Shown here: one piece after another, positions 57,368 through 64,000 of the stretch
How positions within the stretch are numbered: the stretch's first letter is position 1
Layout of the letters: every line of letters begins with the position of its first letter
Assembly: GCA_010909165.1 (NCBI GenBank)
Contig: VJWM01000011.1
Coordinates: 1,426,001-1,490,000 of the forward strand
Length of the DNA stretch: 64,000 nt
Source of the DNA: Anthoceros angustus
Taxonomy: Eukaryota > Plantae > Anthocerotophyta
Reading direction: 5' to 3'
Position numbers and translations under genes: made by a program
The notes under the pieces: model-generated
Seen by the model: the letters and a program-made list of their open reading frames with translations, nothing else
Told to the model about the DNA's origin: nothing
The model's database searches: none

Positions 57368-57560
57368 TGTAGCGTTTTGAGATATCGATCGATGATCACG
57401 CACACAAAACTTGCAACATGAGAGTGTATATTTTGGGAAGGGAACACATAGAACAAGTCCAAGTCTCACAAAGCAGTTACGGAAAACTAACTAAAGAGTG
57501 CCCTAATGACAAACCCTATGTATATTGCAATGAACAAATAAACTACTGTTATTTCTAACA
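57368..57560 (-). repeat. 5' LTR of the Copia element
   Basis: Pairs with 47817-48010 and lies next to the PBS-like motif. Confidence 0.9.
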
Positions 57561-57599
57561 ACTCTAAATGTGTATGTGGTTGTTGGGACAGGAGGGGGC

Positions 57600-58615
57600 G
57601 CTGCAGGACATCTTGACGCAGGCGTTTACGATGGTTCTTCCGAACGGGAGCTGGGGCCTATCCCCCCCAAGTGATGATTAAGGAAATGAGCGAAGCGGAG
57701 GCCAGAGCGTGGAGGGCGGAGCACACGGTGTGTGCTATTATTCAGGAGGCAAAAAGCAGACGGAAGGATAACAAACATGTTTATGTTTGTTTTGTTGACT
57801 TCAAGCGGGCTTTCGACTCTATCTCCCGGGAGAAGCTCTTTGCCCGCCTCCATAGGTTAGGGATGCCTGCTCATCTTTTGCATGCTACTGGGATCCTATA
57901 TGAAAAGGTGAAGGCTAGGATCCGCACACCCTATCTTTGACCTTCGGATTTGCTTTGCAATATGGGGTGCGGGAGATCCGCCTTCTCCTAACCTATTTGG
58001 CCTGTACATTGATGAGCTGGAATCTTGGATTCGCGGTCACAGGGATCTGGTTGCCTCCTCTCCTTCGTGCATAGCTATTCTCTTGTATGCAGATGACATT
58101 GCCCTTTTGTCCCATTCTCCTGAGGGCCTCCAACAGCAACTAGACACATTGTCCCGCTTCTGTGCGGCAAGAGATTTGGAGGTCAACTTGAAGAAGACTA
58201 AGGTTATGTTTTTCAACCGGCAACGTCCAGTTCAGCACAATTTGAAGTTCTTCTACAATGGTGAGCCTGTGGAGGTTGTTCGATCTTATGTCTACCTAGG
58301 TGGCACTCTCTATGGCCCGACACTCCAGTGGAAGCTCGCCTCCGCCGCATTGCAGGTGTGGCATGCATGTGGGGTTCGGAGACAGTGCTCTAGGATGCAC
58401 ATCAAGGACATCCCCACTCAGCAATGGCTCTTCAACACAGTTATGATTCCTTCGGCTATGTATGCGGCCGAGTTTTGGGGACCCTACCTCTCACTCGACG
58501 ACTGGTGCAGGGTGGAGGAGGTTCAGACGTCCTTCCTTCGGCCCCACATTGCATGTAAGAAGTCTGTCCCCCTTGCCATTTTTCTTGCAGAGTTTGCCAC
58601 TTTCCCGCTTGAACT
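57600..58615 (+). mobile_element. Non-LTR retrotransposon (LINE) reverse transcriptase fragment
   Basis: VYVCFVDFKRAFDSISREKL, NLFGLYIDELES, LLYADDIALLSHSPEGLQQQLDTLSRFC...VNLKKTKVMFF, YVYLG. Confidence 0.9.
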
Positions 58616-60591
58616 TGAGGGAGGAGAGCGAGAGCGAGGGGAACCCCTATCGGTCGCAGGGCTAGGCGGCAATCACGGGCGCGGCCACACTGATTTTAGA
58701 GGAGCGCGACATCGCAGGCCAAGGGGTTCTTTTTCGGGTTAGAGGATAGGATGTTTGAGGATCCGCAGAGCCGTAGTTACCAGGAACGGTAGGAGCGCCC
58801 GTGGTAGTGGGCCATATTCTATAGACACTGGTGAGGGGTGAGCTGTGGAGACCCGCAGCTGGATGTATAAGAGACCATTTTTTATGCCTCTTGGGCTGTA
58901 TAATTTCGTGTGAGCTGTGGTGTTGCGCGGCGTGAGGTTGGTTAGAGACGTCGACTAACATCAAACTCGCTGATGCACCGCTGCCACAAGAAGGCCGGAA
59001 GATCCCCTGATCGCCGAGAGCGGAGTGGCCAAGCTCCACGTCAGCGGTGGAAGGTAACTGGCGCACGTCGGGGAAGAGGTAGGAATTGCCGCGGAGGGCT
59101 GGGGCGGAACTGCCGGAAGGCGAATCTCCTAAGCACTGACCAGTATTTTCTTCCTGTTCTTCCTTCCCAAACTGCCGCCTACAGGTGTGTTTAATTCCAA
59201 GAGGGAAGAGGGGGTCTGTGTGGCTGTGGCCCGAGAGGGGGTCTGTGTGGCCCGAGAGAGGGGTCTGTGTGGCCCGAGAGGGGGTCTGGGTGGCCCGAGA
59301 GAGAGGAGTTGAGGGCGTGTGTGGAGTGGGATTGTGTGTGCGTGGGGAAATCCGGGAACGAGTGAGGAGGGTGGAAGTGAGTGGCGGAAACGCGGGGAAC
59401 TAGCGACGGGGAAAGATGCGCCGAGGTCAGAGTGTCTAACCCCCGGAAGGATCCGATCACGGTTAACCCGGGAAGCGAGGTAAGGGCGCACCGGGGTGGG
59501 GCCCGCCATAGTGGTTGAACCAGCCACTACAGTGGTTCGACCAGCCACTGCAGTGGTTGAGTCCTCCACGGTGGTGGGTTGGGGTATGGTAGCTGGATAC
59601 GGAGAGGTAGTGATCGATCGTGGTAGGGCTAGAGTCTGTAGTTCTAGAACAACTTGACACAAAACCATTCCCTTGGGATCGAATCTTAGGACTATAACGA
59701 CATAGAGGGTAAATGTGGCCTCTTTGCACCTTCGGATGCAAAACCCCGTTCCACATTTTGGCGCCATTGCCGGGGAATGAAACTGCTGTCAAGGTTATAG
59801 GAAAGACTAACCATAGCTTAGGTGTCTAGTTTAGAGTGTATCTAGTCTGGTAGATGGATGCCACGAGTTGAGTCAGAGGATTCAGAATCAGGTCGGGAAG
59901 AGAAGCCTCAAGTGAAGTGACAGCGCCAAGCACTGGAAAGATTGAAAAGAGTTGCAAGCCGGGAGTTGAGGAGAACCCAATCGGAAGACGCACCAGCTGG
60001 GAGGGGAAAGGAAGTAAGGAATCAACCAGGGATCGGGGGTCCGATCTTGTCGGAGCAAGATCCCCAATCTCAGGTCTTGGACAAGGTACCACGGCCGAGG
60101 AACCTTGATCCAATCCGTCTTCTGACCTCTCTTCCAGGTGTGTGCAGACTGTTGTAGTCCAATCAACTTCCGCAGGAACCGTTGCTGAATCAACCACGGT
60201 TACCGAATCAGCCACGATAGTCATGTCCACCACCGTGCCGGTGGTGGTCACCACCAAGCAACCTTACCCATTGTATGGAGAGGGGAAGGGGTATGAGGAT
60301 CCTGATGAATTTGTTGAGCGTTTTGAGCAACCCATGCAAAACCAGAAGCGGGTGATGCACAGTGATTCAAATGCTCTATGGTGTTCTTGGGGAGGACCAG
60401 CAAAGTGGTATAGGCGCGAATATCTCAAGTCAGCCACACCTCCAGCCACCTTTGAAGAGTTAAAAAGCGCCTTCTGTGAGAGGTTTAGGGGGCTCGACGT
60501 GGAGGGCTATGTGTTGTCCCAACTTGAAAAGCTGCAGAGAGGAAGGAAGGAAACCTTGCAAGCGTATGTTGAGAGGTTTCACAAAAACTGA
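58616..60591 (+). mobile_element. Ty3/gypsy (Athila/Tat-like) 5' LTR, PBS and gag fragment
   Basis: The LTR ends ...TTCCACA at 59755, followed by PBS TGGCGCCATTGCCGGGGA (59759). Gag reads EDPDEFVERFE...AKWY...TFEELKSAFCERF...QRGRKETLQAYVERF. Two 21-bp tandem arrays lie inside the LTR (~59205-59300, ~59505-59560). The LTR start is uncertain. Confidence 0.8.
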
Positions 60592-60599
60592 TAAGCAAA

Positions 60600-62390
60600 C
60601 TAAAAATTTTTCGGTCAAACAATGCTAAGGAACTAAGTTCTCTCGCTTTTGAAGCCCATTTGATCAACTGTGGCATCCAATATCAGAAGATTGTGCCTTA
60701 TGCACATCAACAATTGGGCAAGGCAGAGCGCTGCCATAGGTCACTACTTGATGTTGTACGCAGCTCTTTGGCTACAACTCATCTTCCAAATTCCTTATGG
60801 GCTGATGCTGCAGCCACAGTTTGTTATGTGCAAAACCATTGTAACACCTATCGTTCGTTGTGACGCCTATGCCCATGAACATTCCACCAGAATTACGAAA
60901 GAAATTGGATTCACAATCCATCAAATTAACCTTCATTGGCTATGGTGAATCTGATGGGGTTAAAGCTATTGCTCGCTAGACAGACGTACTCAGCGGATCA
61001 CTCTTGCCTAGAATGTCATATTTGATGAGCTGCCCCTCTTGTCCAACCCTCCAACTTCGCCTCTACAAGATGATATGGGCGGTACTCACCTTGACTCTGC
61101 GGTGACATCTTTTGATGATGGTACTACCTACGTTCCATCGGTACCTCCAGCGCCCAATCCAACACCTACTGCACCTGCTACTCTAGTCCGATCTAGTACT
61201 CCGCGCGTAGTTGAGGATGATTTTGGCATTGGCTCCATAGTTGTCCCTGGTAGACCTGTGCCGCTATCAAGGGAAGCAGGAGCAGACACAAGTAGATTTA
61301 GCTGCACAAACTCTTGAGGACTTGTCTCTAACACCTCCACCTGCAACACAGAATGGTCCATATTTGAGACGATCAACAAAAGCAACTAGAGGAGTACCAA
61401 GTACACGTTTTGATGACCTTGAGTTCTCATGTGGACTAGTAGCCAACTCGTCTCCATCATCAGTGAGGATCCTCGTGCTGTTTGAGAGGCCCTTAGCGGT
61501 GAAGAAGGCACGGAATGGCAAGCAGCTATGGATTGAGAGTTCAACTCTCTTATTGCTAATGAAACTTGGACTCTCGTAGACCCTCATCCTGGGAGAAGCA
61601 TTATGACTAGTAAATGGGTACTAAAGAAGAAATACAATGCTGATGGTAGCCTTTCCAACTATAAAGCCAGACTTGTCGCATGTGGTTTTAGCCAGAAGGA
61701 TGGCTTAGATTATCAAAAGGAAAACACCTTCAGCCCCATTGTCAAGCTGACCTCTTTGTGGATCATGCTTGCTATCTCTGCCATGCATAACCTGCATGTG
61801 CATCAAATGGATGTGCAAACTACCTTTCTGAATGACATTCTTCGAGCTACAACAACCGGAGAGCTATATCAAACCAGGTGAAGCCTATAAAGTATGCAAA
61901 CTCCAGAAGACCTTATACGGATTAAAACAGTCACCTCGTGGATGGTACGAGAGATTGCAAATCTTTCTCTTGAGCAAGAGTTTCATCAAGTCCAGTGCAG
62001 ATTCCATTGTCTTCATAAGAAGACAGGGAAACTCTCATATCATATTAGGTCTTTATGTTGATGACCTTGTTCTATGTTCCAACGATCTGAGCTTTCTCAA
62101 TTTGATGAAAAGTGAACTCAGCAAGGAGTTCCTCATGATTGACAATGACATTATCAAGTTTCTACTTGGCCATAGGTTATTATCAACACAAATAACATTA
62201 GTCTTCATCAAGAGAGGTATATTATAGACATGAGATAAATATCGGATGTAGAATTGCAAACCTGTCGACACCCCTATGCAAAATGGCGAGAGGCTACGTT
62301 TCTCTATGTGCCCAAGCACTCTTGTAGAAATAGAAGAAATGAAGGATATATCCTTTAAAGGCGTTGTGGGCAGCATACAACATCTAGTCC
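60600..62390 (+). mobile_element. Ty1/copia integrase-RT fragment
   Basis: PYAHQQLGKAERCHRSLLDVVRS...LWADAAATVCYVQN; SKWVLKKKYNADGSLSNYKARLVACGFSQKDGLDY; QMDVQTTFLN; LYGLKQSPRGWY; LYVDDL. Confidence 0.9.
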
Positions 62391-62396
62391 AAAATA

Positions 62397-64000
62397 CAGT
62401 CGGCCCCCCCTAATTGGGAACTCTATAAATGGGATTCCTCTCTAAATGGGACCTCCGATCCTACTCCCTTTAGTTTACAGTGTAAAAAATGGGACTTTTC
62501 CCTAAATAATTGGGACCTTTTGAAATATACATTCATGTTAGTTTCACCTCCCTAAATGGGATTTTTTATTTTTTATACTAAAAAATTAAAAAAAGAAAAA
62601 AAAGAATCAAATAGGTATCGAATAGACTTCATATTCTATCAATATAATATAAGCACATGACCATCGAGAATAAGTTATAACGCTCGAGATACTACCAATC
62701 CCCGAGTCTATATATGTATGTTACTACACACAGAAGAAGGCATCAGAAAGTGTCTTGTTTTGCTAGGTTGATCTACTGTTTAAGTTTTCTCTTGGAGGAA
62801 GTTTTTGTTAGAGATAGCAACGATGCCTCCTCGTAAGCATCACACCTTGACTAAAGGGCAGAAGAAAGAGTTATGTGAATATCATATTGCTAATCCAAAT
62901 GTGACACAAAAAGTGTTGGGGGCATGGGCACAAGATAAGTTTGGCATCCCAGTGTCCAAAAGTGTTATGTCTAGGATTCTTCAAGAGAGTGCAAGTCATT
63001 TGGACCCTTCGAGAGCTAATATGGAAGCGTTGCGACATCGTAAAGTGGCTTGCCCAGAAGTCGATAAAGCATTGCACGCTTGGGCTATTGCAATGCAAGG
63101 AAGTGATATGACACTTTCTGATGATCTTCTTTGCGAGAAAGCTCGTTTCTTTGGCTGCTGGATGGCGTACTGTAGATGACGTCACCATGATTGGGTCAAT
63201 AAGTGGAAGAATAGGAATGGCTTCAAGTCTTATGTGAGACATGGAGAAGCAGGCAGTGCTGACCATACAGAAGCTGCAAAGGAAGCCATCACCATATTGC
63301 AAGCTCAAATCCTAGAATACGGAGTTGGCAATGTATTCAACATGGATGAAACAAGACTTTTTTATAGATTACCGCCAAATCGATCACTTGCTACAACGCG
63401 ACTTGCAGGATACAAGCAGTTGAAGGATAGGCTAACAGTTGCTCTCACCACTAATGTAGATGGATCGTGGAAGTTACCTCCATTTGTTATCAACATATAT
63501 GCTAGACCTCGTGCATTTACCCAGAGGAACCTTCAATCCCCAAACAACTTGGGAATTGTGTGGGCATATAATCGGAAAGCTTGGATGACTACAGAGCTGT
63601 TTGAACAATTCTTAAGAGACTTTGAACGCAGGATGGTTGTAGCAGGTCGGACAAGAGTGTTGTTAATACTCGATAATTGTCCTGCACATCGTCATCACAT
63701 TGAAGATGAATTGCGTGTCACAAAACTGGCTTATCTGCCCCCCAATGTAACCAACTTGTATCAACCACTAGATCAAGGAATCATTCGGTCTTTCAAGGCT
63801 CAATATCGAAAGCTTATGATTGCTTTCCAGTGTAAGGCATTAATGGATAATGTAGATCCGAGTATTGATGTCTATCAAGCAGTTGTTATGCTGGCGAAAG
63901 CGTGGAGGCTTCATGTTAGTCCACACACCATACGTAATTGCTGGAGGCACAGTACACTGTATGCAGCAGTGCAAGCAGAAGATGCTCAGTTGGGTGAGGG
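62397..64000 (+). mobile_element. pogo-like (Tc1/mariner superfamily) DNA transposon: left TIR and transposase from ATG 62823, frameshifted near 63150-63200, runs off the window
   Basis: TA followed by CAGTCGGCCCCCCCTAATTGGGA. CENP-B-like HTH (TLTKGQKKELCEY...VSKSVMSRIL; CPEVDKALHAW...LSDDLLCEKA; WVNKWKNRNG). DDE_1 domain (VFNMDET, RLTVAL, KAWMT, LILDNCPAH, YLPPNVT..YQPLDQGIIRSFKAQYRK). Confidence 0.9.

Larger units (their letters stand above)
47817..57560 (-). mobile_element. Full-length Ty1/copia LTR retrotransposon (degenerate, inflated by internal tandem duplications)
   Basis: LTRs 57368-57560 and 47817-48010 (TG...CA, ~193 bp, roughly 90% identical by eye). 5-bp TSD ACTCT at 47812-47816 and 57561-57565. 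PBS-like TGGTATCGAAAC beside the 5' LTR; PPT GAGAGGGG at 48011-48018. Order gag (KARNILVASVSQE), protease (WFLDSGASNHMC), GAG-pre-integrase (WHCHLGHPN), integrase, RT, RNase H (SSTEAEY...IYCDNQSA...ADILTK). Confidence 0.93.

Noticed and set aside
57600-58615. Reverse transcriptase as a retron, group II intron or DGR-type system
   Set aside because: The motif pattern (FVDFKRAFDSI, YADDIAL, VNLKKTKVM) is that of non-LTR retrotransposons, and it sits within a transposon nest.

Overview
Plant nuclear DNA with short GT-AG introns. It is probably from a non-seed plant (hornwort, fern or lycophyte), inferred from a DYW:KP-type deaminase remnant. Bases 1-40.1 kb are gene-dense: a dirigent gene, an hnRNP Q/R-like 3-RRM gene, two very long PLS-class PPR genes plus three PPR pseudogene fragments, an MTA/SAH-deaminase-like amidohydrolase, three tandem divergent GH3 genes, mitochondrial ATP synthase epsilon and a secreted lipocalin. 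One Ty3/gypsy remnant lies within this part. Bases 40.6-64 kb hold a long inverted repeat, a 42-bp minisatellite and a nest of transposons (Copia, LINE, Athila/Tat-like gypsy, pogo). The main candidates for novelty are: (1) PLS-PPR editing-factor-like proteins with an N-terminal OSB-type PDF ssDNA-binding motif, seen here intact, deleted, and linked to a DYW:KP (putative U-to-C) tail; (2) an ApoD-like secreted lipocalin split by a ~200-aa helical insertion; (3) a divergent GH3 triplet. Several tandem duplications with error-rich junctions, including one that breaks the first PPR gene, look like long-read assembly artifacts. All homology calls come from manual motif recognition; no database searches were run.
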